Part shown: one piece after another, positions 37,286 to 47,852 of the stretch
Numbering within the stretch: position 1 is the first letter of the stretch
Layout: each line of letters starts with the position of its first letter
Source of the DNA: an uncultured Thermoplasmata archaeon
GTDB taxonomy: Archaea; Thermoplasmatota; Thermoplasmata; Halarchaeoplasmatales; Halarchaeoplasmataceae
NCBI GenBank assembly: GCA_964602715.1
Contig: CAZRSB010000003.1
Coordinates: 5,783-69,782, forward strand
DNA: 64,000 nt
Direction: 5' to 3'
Notes under the pieces: model-generated
Told to the model about the DNA's origin: nothing
Database searches by the model: none
Seen by the model: only the letters and a program-made list of their open reading frames with translations
Program-made: the position numbers and the translations under genes

Positions 37286-39034
37286 TCAATATCCCCAGAA
37301 ATCCTTTTCTTTTTGTTTTATCTCCCTGATTTCTTCTAAAATTCTTTCTTCATCAAAGGTAAGGTCTAAATCTCTCAATTCTCTTGCATCACCTTCTGGA
37401 ATATCCACATATAGTTCCTCCTTCTCTTCGATCTGTCTTCCAACAGTAACTCCTTCTATCGCAACCGCCACTTCCTCCCCCTGTTCTGCACAATCTAAGG
37501 ATTGCTCCCCACTCCTTATACTTCTTATCTCACCAACAACTCTACCATTATTCTTCAGGATCCTTCCCTTCGGTCTCAGATTACCGGCGAGGACCCTCAC
37601 CCCTACAATAGCTGGTTTAGACATTCTAAAGACATGATCTTCTAAAATTCTAAATTTAACTGGATGCACAACCTTTTCTCTTCTTTTTTTCTCCAACTCT
37701 TTTTCCTTTTCTTCTTTCCATTCTTGATATTCTTCTACAAGTCTATAAACAACATCATTTTTAAATAAAGTTACATCTTCCTCTTTCAGTTCTTCTTTAG
37801 CCTCGGGAAGAACCCCAACGTTGAAGGCAAGGATAACCTTCTCTAGGGGATTCTCAACTGTTGTAGCATCAGTTATGTCTTTCTTAGAAACATCTCCTAC
37901 GTCTGCCCTCACTATAGGTATATCTTCTTCTTGTAGTTCGAAGGCTAACCCCTCTAAAGAGCCTATAGCATCAGCTTTGACGACTACTCCTTCATCTTCA
38001 GTTTCTATGTTAGCTTTGCTTTCTTTTTTTATCATTTCAATTATTTCTTCTAATTCTTGTTCTCTAACGACCTTGATAGGAGCTCCAGCTAAAACACCCT
38101 CACATTCCGGAGTGACCAACTTCACCCCTGAAGCTGCACTTACCTCATCGATCTCCTGAAATTTTTCCCTAGGGTCTCGTATCTCGTCCATAGGTCTCGG
38201 TCTTAATAAAGCCTTGACTTTAGTGTGTATAGGATTATTTTTAGTTCCTATGACGACTTCGTCTCCTTTACATATGATGCCATCGTGAATAATAGTATCA
38301 AAAGTTGTTCCAAGGCCAGTTTCTTCTTTGACTTCCAAAATAGTCCCCTCTCCTGGACCATCTTCAACTTGTATTTGATCCTCCAGATAAGTTTGAGCTA
38401 AACCGATAAGAGTCATCAATATGTCTTCTATTCCTTCCCCTGTCTTAGCACTCATCGGCACTATCCCAATATTATTTGAAAAATTGTTGACCCTATCATA
38501 TCTATCAGCAGAAAACCCTTTGTCATAAAGATCCCCTATAATCTCATATAAGGAATCAGTCATCCTACTTTTTGCATCTTCTGATTGGTTTTGTAAATTT
38601 TTAACAAAGGGTTCATCCTTTGAATTCCACCCAGGAACTTTGTCCAATTTATTTGCTCCCACAACAAAAGGTGTCTTTTCTCTCTTTAAAATATCCAAAG
38701 ATTCTTTAGTTTGGGGCATGAAGCCATCGTTTATATCCACAATCAACACTGCTAAATCAGCTAACGAGCCTCCTCTTGACCTTAGGTTTATAAAAGAATG
38801 ATGACCTGGTGTGTCGATGAACAACAGACCTGGTAGTCTAAACTCAACTTCACATCCTAGTTTAGAGCATGCCTTTTCCAATGCTTCAATGGGGACCTCA
38901 GTAGCTCCAATATGTTGAGTGATAGCACCAGCCTCTCTTTCCTGGACAGCGGTTCCTCTGATCCTATCTAAAAAAGTAGTCTTACCGTGATCAACATGTC
39001 CCAGAACGCTGACTATAGGCTGGCTAGTTCTCAT
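37286..39034 (-). CDS. infB: translation initiation factor aIF5B (IF2 homolog)
   Basis: QPIVSVLGHVDHGKTTFLDRIRG, DTPGH, NKLDK. 582 aa. Confidence 0.9.
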   Translation of the reverse strand: MRTSQPIVSVLGHVDHGKTTFLDRIRGTAVQEREAGAITQHIGATEVPIEALEKACSKLGCEVEFRLPGLLFIDTPGHHSFINLRSRGGSLADLAVLIVDINDGFMPQTKESLDILKREKTPFVVGANKLDKVPGWNSKDEPFVKNLQNQSEDAKSRMTDSLYEIIGDLYDKGFSADRYDRVNNFSNNIGIVPMSAKTGEGIEDILMTLIGLAQTYLEDQIQVEDGPGEGTILEVKEETGLGTTFDTIIHDGIICKGDEVVIGTKNNPIHTKVKALLRPRPMDEIRDPREKFQEIDEVSAASGVKLVTPECEGVLAGAPIKVVREQELEEIIEMIKKESKANIETEDEGVVVKADAIGSLEGLAFELQEEDIPIVRADVGDVSKKDITDATTVENPLEKVILAFNVGVLPEAKEELKEEDVTLFKNDVVYRLVEEYQEWKEEKEKELEKKRREKVVHPVKFRILEDHVFRMSKPAIVGVRVLAGNLRPKGRILKNNGRVVGEIRSIRSGEQSLDCAEQGEEVAVAIEGVTVGRQIEEKEELYVDIPEGDARELRDLDLTFDEERILEEIREIKQKEKDFWGY

Positions 39035-39092
39035 GTTTTGCCTTAAGAAGAAATGCTATATAACTCTTTTTCGATTTTGACCATAAAAAGCT

Positions 39093-39848
39093 TCAAATCT
39101 CTTTTTTCTTACCACTGTACCAATGATGCTCTCCACGAATCTCAAAACCGAGATCCCTAGCTAGTGAGAGTGAGGGAGAGTTGTCTTTAAAAATTTGGAC
39201 CGCAGGTATTAAATTCATATCCTTTGCATCGAGACAGAGTTTTTCAGTGATTTCTTTCGCAAAACCCATGCGACGCCAATCTTTTTTGATGTGTAACATA
39301 CCAAACATGATGGTTTGATCAGTTATAAAATGAGTCAAACTCCAACCGATCAGATCTCCATTTTTCCTTATACCATATGCTGGGCCTTTCCTAATCCTTT
39401 GTTTTATGTAATCTGTAGAGTCTGTATCAGAAAGACCCCAATAATCATTTATGATCCTCGCATCTTTGTCTTCAAGGGGTTGAATCTCGGATTCAGGAAA
39501 AATTGGCTCACGATATGTTCTTTTCAATAGCCAGGTTGGTCGGTCATCTTCTACCTCAACGACCGCTTTACTAATCTCAAAAGAAATAGGATCAACAGCG
39601 TGAAACCTGTATATTCTTCCTTCATCCAGGTTTTCTTTCAATAGTTTTTCCATTTGAACTCCATCACCTCTTATTGTTATGGTTTCATCTTTCTTTATCA
39701 ATATCGCTGAAACCTTATCATCTTTTATAGAAGCGAAAATTTCGGTATCTTTCTCTTCCAGTCTAGCCAATTGGTAGGAATTGACCACTGGTTCTTTTTG
39801 AAGATATTTCTTAACTGTTCTTTTTGATTTTGAATTTGTAACGTGCAT
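39093..39848 (-). CDS. GNAT-family acetyltransferase-like protein
   Basis: C-terminal half has motif-A-like HIKKDWRRMGFAKEI. Confidence 0.5.
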   Translation of the reverse strand: MHVTNSKSKRTVKKYLQKEPVVNSYQLARLEEKDTEIFASIKDDKVSAILIKKDETITIRGDGVQMEKLLKENLDEGRIYRFHAVDPISFEISKAVVEVEDDRPTWLLKRTYREPIFPESEIQPLEDKDARIINDYWGLSDTDSTDYIKQRIRKGPAYGIRKNGDLIGWSLTHFITDQTIMFGMLHIKKDWRRMGFAKEITEKLCLDAKDMNLIPAVQIFKDNSPSLSLARDLGFEIRGEHHWYSGKKKEI

Positions 39849-39912
39849 GATTTCAAAAAAAAATAAGAGGTATTTGGTTCTTTTTGAGCGAAAATAAAAA
39901 ATAACCTGTCAC

Positions 39913-40356
39913 ATGTATCGAATGTATATGGAATCATTTGAACTTGATCTAATTTTTGCCGTACATATCCTTTTGGCTATAGCTATGGGAGGACTTATAG
40001 GATTAGAAAGGGAACACGAAAAAAAGAAACCCCAAGTTATAGCAGGAGTCCGAACATTCCCACTTACAGCTCTCTCAGGAGTACTATTTTCTTTTCTTTC
40101 GGGAGCTGTCGGCATGAGATTTATAGAAGTGGGTGTAATTATTTTTGGAGGTTTTTCGATCATATTGGCTTATCTAAAATATGAAATCAAAACCATTGGT
40201 ATCACAACTTCTGTAGCTCTCTTTATTACATTCCTTATTGGAATATATATCCAACAAGGTTACGTACTTGAAGCAGGATTTGTGACTGTTGTAGTAACTG
40301 TACTTTTATTGACCAAAGAAAGGCTGCATAAGATAGCGAGGGAACTAGGAAGATGA
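39913..40356 (+). CDS. MgtC/SapB-family membrane protein
   Basis: GGLIGLEREHEKK...AGVRTF matches the MgtC N-terminal signature. 4 TM. Confidence 0.55.
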   Translation: MYRMYMESFELDLIFAVHILLAIAMGGLIGLEREHEKKKPQVIAGVRTFPLTALSGVLFSFLSGAVGMRFIEVGVIIFGGFSIILAYLKYEIKTIGITTSVALFITFLIGIYIQQGYVLEAGFVTVVVTVLLLTKERLHKIARELGR

Positions 40357-40424
40357 ATGTGACTCAATATTTAGATAATTTTAGAAGCAAAAGTATAAAT
40401 ATATCATAGATAAGACTATTTTGT

Positions 40425-41663
40425 ATGAGATACAGAGACGAAATCAAAAAGGCAATAAAAGAAGATCTCTGTGATAATTGCTTTGGTAGACTATTTGCTC
40501 AACTGGGTACTGGGATCACAAACAAGGAAAGAGGAAAAAGTCTCCGAATTTTATTTGCAATGTTTCTCTCCGATGAAAAAAGGTGTGAAATTCCTGAAGA
40601 GTCTGGTGACTGCATATTATGCTCGAATATATTGAATGAAGTTGATAACTTAGCTGAGCTTGCGATAGAAGAACTTCAAAAATATGAATTCGATGACTTT
40701 TTGATAGGTACGAGAGTGGATCCTGAAATAGAAGAAAAAGAAGAAAATATTTGGTCGGAACTGAATTTGACTACTGGTGAACAAATAAAATCGGAATTGA
40801 ATAGGAGTATAGGAAAAAGAGTTCAGGATGAACTCAAAAAAGAAGTCGATCTAGAAAAACCAGATATAAAAGCAATTATCGATACCCGTTTCGATTCCAT
40901 TGAAATAGAGATATCACCTCTCTTCGTTTATGGGCGATATAAAAAACTTAGTAGAGATATACCTCAAACAAAGTGGATGTGCATAAGATGCAGAGGAAAA
41001 GGTTGTGAAAAGTGTGGTGGGAAAGGAAAGATGTATGAAAGTAGTGTAGAAGAGATCATAGGTATACCCATGATGAAAATGGTAGAAGGAGAGGATTATA
41101 CTCTCCATGGACTCGGTAGAGAAGATATTGATGCTAAGATGTTAGGAAATGGAAGGCCATTTGTCATGGAGATCAAAGATCCGGTCAAACGTGAATTCGA
41201 TTTCGAACAACTCAAAAGAAAAGTAAATGAAGATGGAAGAGTGAAAATAAAAGATCTAGAATACACTATAAGAGAAAAAATTCAAGAATTAAAAGATGCG
41301 AGGGCTGATAAAAGGTATAGAGTCTATATAGGGGTAAAAAAACCGGTAGAAAGGGCAAAGTTTAAAAAGGTCATAAAGGAATTGCAGGGTCGAAATATTT
41401 CGCAAAGAACTCCTACTCGCGTTGATCATAGACGAGCGGACAAAGTAAGGAAACGTGAAGTAATTGAGATAGACTTGATCTCTCTTGAAAATGATCAGGC
41501 CGTTCTAGAACTTACATGCGAAGCAGGAACTTACGTTAAAGAATTCATCCATGGGGATGATAAAAGAACCCAGCCTAATTTGGCTGAGGTTCTTGGAATA
41601 ACATGTGAAGTAAAAAAATTAGATGTAATTGAAGTCAAATATCCTAAAGGTGAAGGAAAATGA
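40425..41663 (+). CDS. pus10: tRNA pseudouridine synthase Pus10
   Basis: N-terminal CDNCFGRL zinc-ribbon/THUMP-like region. Conserved position upstream of L21e-RpoF. Confidence 0.8.
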   Translation: MRYRDEIKKAIKEDLCDNCFGRLFAQLGTGITNKERGKSLRILFAMFLSDEKRCEIPEESGDCILCSNILNEVDNLAELAIEELQKYEFDDFLIGTRVDPEIEEKEENIWSELNLTTGEQIKSELNRSIGKRVQDELKKEVDLEKPDIKAIIDTRFDSIEIEISPLFVYGRYKKLSRDIPQTKWMCIRCRGKGCEKCGGKGKMYESSVEEIIGIPMMKMVEGEDYTLHGLGREDIDAKMLGNGRPFVMEIKDPVKREFDFEQLKRKVNEDGRVKIKDLEYTIREKIQELKDARADKRYRVYIGVKKPVERAKFKKVIKELQGRNISQRTPTRVDHRRADKVRKREVIEIDLISLENDQAVLELTCEAGTYVKEFIHGDDKRTQPNLAEVLGITCEVKKLDVIEVKYPKGEGK

Positions 41664-41950
41664 AAAAATCTAAAGGTACCCGGCAGGGAACGCGTAAAAT
41701 CCTTAGAAAAAAGCCAAGTGAAAGAGGACTCATTCCTGTAAATAGAGCCTTGCAGGAATTTGAGAAAGGTGAAGTAGTCAAAATAAAGATTGAGCCAAGC
41801 GTCCATAAAGGACAACCACATAGACGTTTTCATGGTAGAACAGGAGAAATTAAAGGTAAGCAAGGCGACGCTTTCGTAGTTAAGGTGAAAGATGGTGGTA
41901 TAGTAAAAAAGGTGATCACTAGATCTGAACACCTTAGGAAATTGGAATGA
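41660..41950 (+). CDS. rpl21e: 50S ribosomal protein L21e
   Basis: KKSKGTRQGTRKIL...HRRFHGRTGEI. Confidence 0.9.
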   Translation: MKKSKGTRQGTRKILRKKPSERGLIPVNRALQEFEKGEVVKIKIEPSVHKGQPHRRFHGRTGEIKGKQGDAFVVKVKDGGIVKKVITRSEHLRKLE

Positions 41951-41951
41951 G

Positions 41952-42293
41952 GTGTATTCATTTATGGCAAGTGATGACCCTAGATTTGTTTCGTTGGCTG
42001 AGGTGAAGGAATTGTTGAGTAAAGAGTCTGAAAAAAGAGAATTAGGGTACGAACAAACCCTTGCTTTAGGCCATGCAGAAACATTTGTTAAACTCTCAGT
42101 CGAAGAAACCAAAGAGTTGATAGGCGAACTGAAAGAAGAATTTGATTTCATCGATGAAAGAAAGGCCTATAAAATAGCCGATACGCTTCCAGAAGATAAA
42201 GATGGATTGAGGGCTGTATTCCAGCAAGACAGATACACCCCTTCAGATGATGAAGTAGAAAAAATTATAAATACCATAAAAAAATATCTTTGA
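41952..42293 (+). CDS. rpoF: DNA-directed RNA polymerase subunit F (Rpo4)
   Basis: 113 aa. Conserved position after L21e. Confidence 0.75.
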   Translation: MYSFMASDDPRFVSLAEVKELLSKESEKRELGYEQTLALGHAETFVKLSVEETKELIGELKEEFDFIDERKAYKIADTLPEDKDGLRAVFQQDRYTPSDDEVEKIINTIKKYL

Positions 42294-42856
42294 AGGAGGA
42301 AAATATGGAGGACTATGCCTACGTACTAGATTATCTGCCAGAAGGTAGACATGATTCGAGTGATTATCAACACGAAAGCTTAGTACTAGCTTTGGGTAAA
42401 GATGAATTCAAACTTTTTGAACTCATACCAAAACAAGATAAAAACTTCCTTGTGGGTGATAGAGTTTATATTGGCAAGGATATGGATAAAAGAGAAAAAA
42501 TAAAACATGTTAAAAATCGAATCAGCTGGGATAAACTTACTCACGCTGCGCAAAGTGAGGTCCCTTATATAATAGAAGACATAATTGTAAACGAAGAGGA
42601 GCGGTTTTTAGAATTTTTCAATAAAGCTCATCCTATCACTAAAAAATACCATATGCTACAATTGCTACCAGGACTTGGTAAAAAAAAGATGAATGCAGTC
42701 CTAGACGATAGGAAGAAAAATGGTGATTTTGAATCTTTTAACGATCTAAAAGAAAGAGTACCAATGCTACATAAACCCAAAAAGATGATCAGAGACAGAA
42801 TTTTAGAAGAGCTCAAAGAAGAAAATGTAAAGTACAAGGTTTGGGTCGCCGAATGA
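42290..42856 (+). CDS. DUF655-family protein
   Basis: MEDYAYVLDYLPEG N-terminus. Conserved partner downstream of rpoF in archaea. Confidence 0.75.
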   Translation: MKEENMEDYAYVLDYLPEGRHDSSDYQHESLVLALGKDEFKLFELIPKQDKNFLVGDRVYIGKDMDKREKIKHVKNRISWDKLTHAAQSEVPYIIEDIIVNEEERFLEFFNKAHPITKKYHMLQLLPGLGKKKMNAVLDDRKKNGDFESFNDLKERVPMLHKPKKMIRDRILEELKEENVKYKVWVAE

Positions 42857-43229
42857 AAGTTAAAGGGTAAAATATGTTGCAAAATACTGATATTTCTGAA
42901 AACAATTTGACTCTGGAAGCTCAGTCTGACGATTACATAACCATGTTTTTTCTGTTTGATTCCGTTTTAGAGAATAGTGAGATCCAGTCACAAACAGCCA
43001 TACAATTATTTAAGAACATCCAGAACCAAGGACTACAATAGTTAAGATAATTAGCCTATTTTTTTATTCAAATCCCCAAAACTTTTATAGGATTAAACAC
43101 CTTTAGTATCTTGTCCGACGTATCAATGCTTTACGTCGGACGACACATCCCACGGGATGGGATTAAAATGCACTGTAAAACCTTAAAATCTAATCCTTTA
43201 AAGATCCAGTTCCTTGGAGGAAGATAATT

Positions 43230-46200
43230 TTGCACCTTAAAAAGGTTAGGATGGAAAATTTTAAGTCATTTGGAAAGAAGATGGAGATTCCCTTCAAAAA
43301 AGGTTACACAAATATTACTGGTCCAAATGGATCAGGGAAATCTAATATCGCAGACGCTATTTTATTCATCTTAGGTCCTAAAAGCTCTAAAGAGATAAGA
43401 GCTGGACGTCTGACAGATCTAGTATTCAACGGAGGTAAAAATGATGAAGCCGCAGATTATTGCAAAGTGAGTCTAATCTTTGAAAATGAAGATCGTACCA
43501 TTCCTCTTGATGAGGATCAAGTTACATTTACGAGAAAGGTAAAAAAGTCAAATAACGAGCAAGGATATAATTCTTATTTCTACGTAAATGGTAGATCTTC
43601 AACACTAACTGAATTTCAAGATCTATTAGCTCACGCACGTATATCCCCAGGAGGATATAACATAGTACAGCAAGGAGACATATCCAAAATCGTAGAGATG
43701 AGTTCTACAGAAAGAAGAAGAATATTAGATGATATATCCGGCATAAGTTCCTATGATGACGAGATAGAGGAAGCTGAGGAAAAGAAAGAAGAAGTAATCA
43801 ACGACCTAGACAGGATAAGTATACTCCTTGATGAGATCTCTACTCAAGTAGAGGAGTTAGAAGAAGATAGGGATCAAGCTCTAAAATACCAAGAATTAAA
43901 GGATAGAGCCTCTGAAGCCGAGCAAAAGAAAACTTGGAAATTGATACAAAACACTGAAAAAAATATAGCATCAATTCAACAAGATATAAAGGACAACAAA
44001 GATCATATAGAAAAAAAGGAAGAGAAAAAGAAAGAACTTGAAAATAACATCAAAAAGCTTGTTGAAGATATCGAAAAGATAAAAAAAGAACTAAAAGAGA
44101 AGGGTAGTGAAAAAAGTAAGGAATTACAAAGGAAAATAAATGAACTTAGATTAGAAATAGGAAGAGCCGATGATAGAAAAGAGGATGCAGAGTTCACTAT
44201 TGAATCTAACAAAAAGAAAAGAAAAAAATTACAAGAAAATCTGAAAGAAAGGAAAAAGGATCTAAAGGAAATAAAGGATGAAAAAAGAAGTTTAAAAGAA
44301 GAAAAAAGTGAGAAAGAAGAGAAGCTCAAAAAATTAAAAGAAAATATAGAAGAGGTAGAAGATAAACAATCTGATTCTGACGAAAGAATAAGAGACCTAA
44401 AAAAAGAAATTATTGGCTTGGAGAATAAGATCGGTGAAAAAAAAGAAAAACTCTCGAAAAAAAAGATAGAATTAGAGACGGTAAAAGATAAAATAGAAAG
44501 AATCGGTGAAGAGATAGCAGAGCTGGAAGAAGAAAAAGAAGACATCGAATTTGAAAAAAGAGAAAAAGAAATAGAACTCGAAGACATAAGTGAAAAAAAT
44601 ACAACTCAAAAAAATAAGCTATCTGAGCTCAAAGAAGAATTTCATAAAAAAAAGAAAAAAGAGAAAAGATTGAGAGACGATAAGGATGATCTAGAAGACA
44701 GAGTAAAAAGATTAAAAAGAAAATATGAACAGTTAAAAGCACAAAAGCATGCTGCTAAATCGGTAAAAAAAGGCTACAGCAACGCCGTTTCAAGCATATT
44801 AGAAGCTAGAGATAAGGGTCAATTAGAAGGAATACACGGCACCATTGCGGAACTAGCTGATGTAAATGATGAATACGAGGAAGCTCTAAAAGTGGCTGCA
44901 GGAGGGAGGATGCAATGTATTGTGGTCGAGAACGACTCAGTTGCAACTGAAGCCATAGAACATTTAAAAAAGAAAAAATCTGGACGAGCGACTTTTTTAC
45001 CACTAAATAAAATGAGAAGTGGACGCCCTAGAGGTAAAGCTTTAAGAACTGTTAAAACTGACAGAGCTGTAGATTTTGCCATCGAGTTAGTGGATTATGA
45101 TGATAAATATGATAATGTATTTTGGTATGTTTTTCATGATACAGTTGTGATGGAAGATATTGATTCAGCTAGAGAACAGATGGGAGGGGTGAGGATGGTC
45201 ACCCTGAATGGTGAAAAGATCGAAAAGAGCGGGGCTATGGTCGGAGGCACACTAAAAAAGAATATGATCGGGTTCAGTGCTCCAGATAGAGGCAAATTAG
45301 AGAAAGTGAGTACAGACTTGAGGAATAGTAGAGAAAATCTGAAGATGGTTGAAAATTCTTTAAATGATGTAAAAAACGAAGTCCAAAAAATACAAGATGA
45401 AATACAAGATCTAAAGAACGAAAGTGATCAACAGCGACAATCAGAACTTGAAGCACATATCGGAAGGTTGGAATCAAAAATAAAGAAAAAGGAAAATAAG
45501 ATCCAGGAGAAAAAAAATGAAGAGAATGACCTAGAATCTAAAGAAGAAAAATTGACTAAATCAGTAGGTCATTTAGAGGATGTAATAGATAATCTCAAAC
45601 AAGAAAAAGATACAATAAAAGAAAAGGTTAGAGAGATCAGCCCAGAAGAACTCTCTCAAAAATTGAGAGAACAGAAAAACAGAGAAGTGGAATTGGATAA
45701 AAAAGTGAATAAATTAGAATCAAAACTTGACAAGAAGAAAAACGAGATAGAACATATAGAAAATAAAATACAAGATATAAAGGAGAAAAGGGAAGAGCTA
45801 GGAGAAGAGATAGAGAGAAAAAAGAGTGAGATAAAAAAATCCTTTTCCATAATAGAAGAGAAAAAATCAAAATTGGAGGAGTTAGAAAACGAAGAATCAG
45901 AAGTAGACGATGAATTGGAAGAGTTAAGAGATGAACTCGAAGAAAAAAAGGAAGAAAGACTGGAAAAAAAACATGAAATCGATCAGTTAGATACAGAGAT
46001 AGAATCTAAACGAGAATTTATTATTAGTTCAAAAAGAAAGATGAGTACCGAAAAAGAAAAGCTCGAAGATTTGAAGGAAGATATAGATGAAGATATTGAT
46101 TTTTCAGATAAAAAACTTCCCACAATGAAAGAACTGAAAAACACAGTTAGAAGATGTAAAAATAAGATGGAAGAACTGCAGCCAGTCAATATGAGAGCTT

Positions 46201-46835
46201 TAGAAGATTATGAAAAGAAAAAAGAAAGAAAAGAAGAACTTCAAGAAGAATTCTCAGAGCTGGAAAAACGGAAAGAAGAATTAGACAAATTGATAGAAGA
46301 ATTGGACGAAAAAAAGAAAGAAGGATTATTAAAAGTAAAAGATGAGATAAACAAAAACTTCGGAAAAGTTTACGAGGAGCTATCAGATGGTGGTGAGGCA
46401 CATCTAGAATTGGAAAATCCAAATGATCCTTTTGAAGGTGGACTGACTATAAAAGCACGACCACCGGGTAAAAAGGTACATTTGATCAACGCTCTTTCTG
46501 GTGGAGAAAAAAGCCTAGTGTCTATGGCATTTATTTTTTCTATCCAGATATATGATCCCTCTCCATTTTATCTTTTAGATGAGATTGATCAAAATCTAGA
46601 TGCAGTTAACGCCGAAAATGTTGCAAAAATGATAAAAGATAATTCGAAAAGCGCACAGTTCATACAGATATCACTAAGAAAAGTCACCTTGAAAAAATCT
46701 GACCATATCATTGGCGTAACTATAAACGACGATGGTATATCAGATGTGATCATGAAAGTAAATATAGGTGAAGAAGAAGAAAAAGATCTTCCCGAGCTTT
46801 CAGATGTTAGTGGACTAAAACCAGAGGTGAATTGA
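43230..46835 (+). CDS. smc: chromosome segregation protein SMC
   Basis: TTG start after a GGAGG RBS. N-terminus MHLKKVRMENFKSFG...GPNGSGKSN, long coiled coils, hinge, C-terminal LSGGEKSL and LLDEID. Confidence 0.9.
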   Translation: MHLKKVRMENFKSFGKKMEIPFKKGYTNITGPNGSGKSNIADAILFILGPKSSKEIRAGRLTDLVFNGGKNDEAADYCKVSLIFENEDRTIPLDEDQVTFTRKVKKSNNEQGYNSYFYVNGRSSTLTEFQDLLAHARISPGGYNIVQQGDISKIVEMSSTERRRILDDISGISSYDDEIEEAEEKKEEVINDLDRISILLDEISTQVEELEEDRDQALKYQELKDRASEAEQKKTWKLIQNTEKNIASIQQDIKDNKDHIEKKEEKKKELENNIKKLVEDIEKIKKELKEKGSEKSKELQRKINELRLEIGRADDRKEDAEFTIESNKKKRKKLQENLKERKKDLKEIKDEKRSLKEEKSEKEEKLKKLKENIEEVEDKQSDSDERIRDLKKEIIGLENKIGEKKEKLSKKKIELETVKDKIERIGEEIAELEEEKEDIEFEKREKEIELEDISEKNTTQKNKLSELKEEFHKKKKKEKRLRDDKDDLEDRVKRLKRKYEQLKAQKHAAKSVKKGYSNAVSSILEARDKGQLEGIHGTIAELADVNDEYEEALKVAAGGRMQCIVVENDSVATEAIEHLKKKKSGRATFLPLNKMRSGRPRGKALRTVKTDRAVDFAIELVDYDDKYDNVFWYVFHDTVVMEDIDSAREQMGGVRMVTLNGEKIEKSGAMVGGTLKKNMIGFSAPDRGKLEKVSTDLRNSRENLKMVENSLNDVKNEVQKIQDEIQDLKNESDQQRQSELEAHIGRLESKIKKKENKIQEKKNEENDLESKEEKLTKSVGHLEDVIDNLKQEKDTIKEKVREISPEELSQKLREQKNREVELDKKVNKLESKLDKKKNEIEHIENKIQDIKEKREELGEEIERKKSEIKKSFSIIEEKKSKLEELENEESEVDDELEELRDELEEKKEERLEKKHEIDQLDTEIESKREFIISSKRKMSTEKEKLEDLKEDIDEDIDFSDKKLPTMKELKNTVRRCKNKMEELQPVNMRALEDYEKKKERKEELQEEFSELEKRKEELDKLIEELDEKKKEGLLKVKDEINKNFGKVYEELSDGGEAHLELENPNDPFEGGLTIKARPPGKKVHLINALSGGEKSLVSMAFIFSIQIYDPSPFYLLDEIDQNLDAVNAENVAKMIKDNSKSAQFIQISLRKVTLKKSDHIIGVTINDDGISDVIMKVNIGEEEEKDLPELSDVSGLKPEVN

Positions 46836-46836
46836 C

Positions 46837-47841
46837 ATGGTCTCTGAAACCAAAGAATCAAGTTTTCATTTAGGTGATCACACTGAAGATATCATCCAAC
46901 ACCTCACATTTCACAAGTCTATCATCGACGAAAAAAGGAATGGTGAAAGGATAGATGACTATATAAAAATGATAGAAGAGATGGATGATGGGGAAAAGGA
47001 ACTATCTGATGATCCTCTAGACAACGCTATAGCTTCGATTTTTAAATTAGTCATAGAAGAAAAAATGGATCCATGGGAAATCGATCTTGTATCTTTTACT
47101 CAACTATATTTGGAACAAGCAAAGGAAAAAGACGGACTAAATTTTATAGTGACTGGGCAACTAGTCAACATGGCCTGGTCTATTTTAAAGATGCAGTGCG
47201 AAAAAGTACTATCAAGTGCCGAAAAAGAAGAAGGGCAGGAAACTCAAGATCAAGAGGAGGATTTTTTTACCGAATGGGATATGGAAATATATGAAGAAGG
47301 GATCTATGAGGAACCAGAAGATATCGATTTTGAGGAAGAGATCGTAGAAGATGAAAAAACCCCATTAGAAAAAGCTGTGAGGAGGGAAGAAAAAAAACCT
47401 GTTTCTTTAATACAGCTAGTGGACGCTTTCGAGGACGCTAAGAGAGAAGCAAAATATAGAGAAAAAATGGAAAAAATCAGAAAAGAGAAAAAAAGAAAGA
47501 AAGAAGAAGAGTTAAAAGAAAGAAAAGAAAACTATGAAACAAGATCACATGAGGAAGACCTTCAGAGTGACATCTCTACTGTATGGAAAAGGATTTGCTG
47601 TTATGAGCAAAAATTTTTAACATTTAACATGATCCACGACGATAGAAAAAAAGATATCATTACAGCTTTGACTTCTCTTCTTTTCTTGAATAAAGAAGGT
47701 AGAATAAATATTAAACAACTAGATTACCCTAATGGTCAGATACTCCTAGAAAATTTAGTGCCTAAAAAGGAAAGGCAAAATGGTTTGATGGAGCTCGTGC
47801 CTGAGACTCAAAACGAAGCTCTAACTATCATAAAATACTAA
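46837..47841 (+). CDS. scpA: segregation and condensation protein ScpA (kleisin)
   Basis: Immediately downstream of smc with a 1-nt gap. N-terminal EEKMDPWEIDLVSFTQLYL. Confidence 0.75.
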   Translation: MVSETKESSFHLGDHTEDIIQHLTFHKSIIDEKRNGERIDDYIKMIEEMDDGEKELSDDPLDNAIASIFKLVIEEKMDPWEIDLVSFTQLYLEQAKEKDGLNFIVTGQLVNMAWSILKMQCEKVLSSAEKEEGQETQDQEEDFFTEWDMEIYEEGIYEEPEDIDFEEEIVEDEKTPLEKAVRREEKKPVSLIQLVDAFEDAKREAKYREKMEKIRKEKKRKKEEELKERKENYETRSHEEDLQSDISTVWKRICCYEQKFLTFNMIHDDRKKDIITALTSLLFLNKEGRINIKQLDYPNGQILLENLVPKKERQNGLMELVPETQNEALTIIKY

Positions 47842-47852
47842 ATATTATTATT

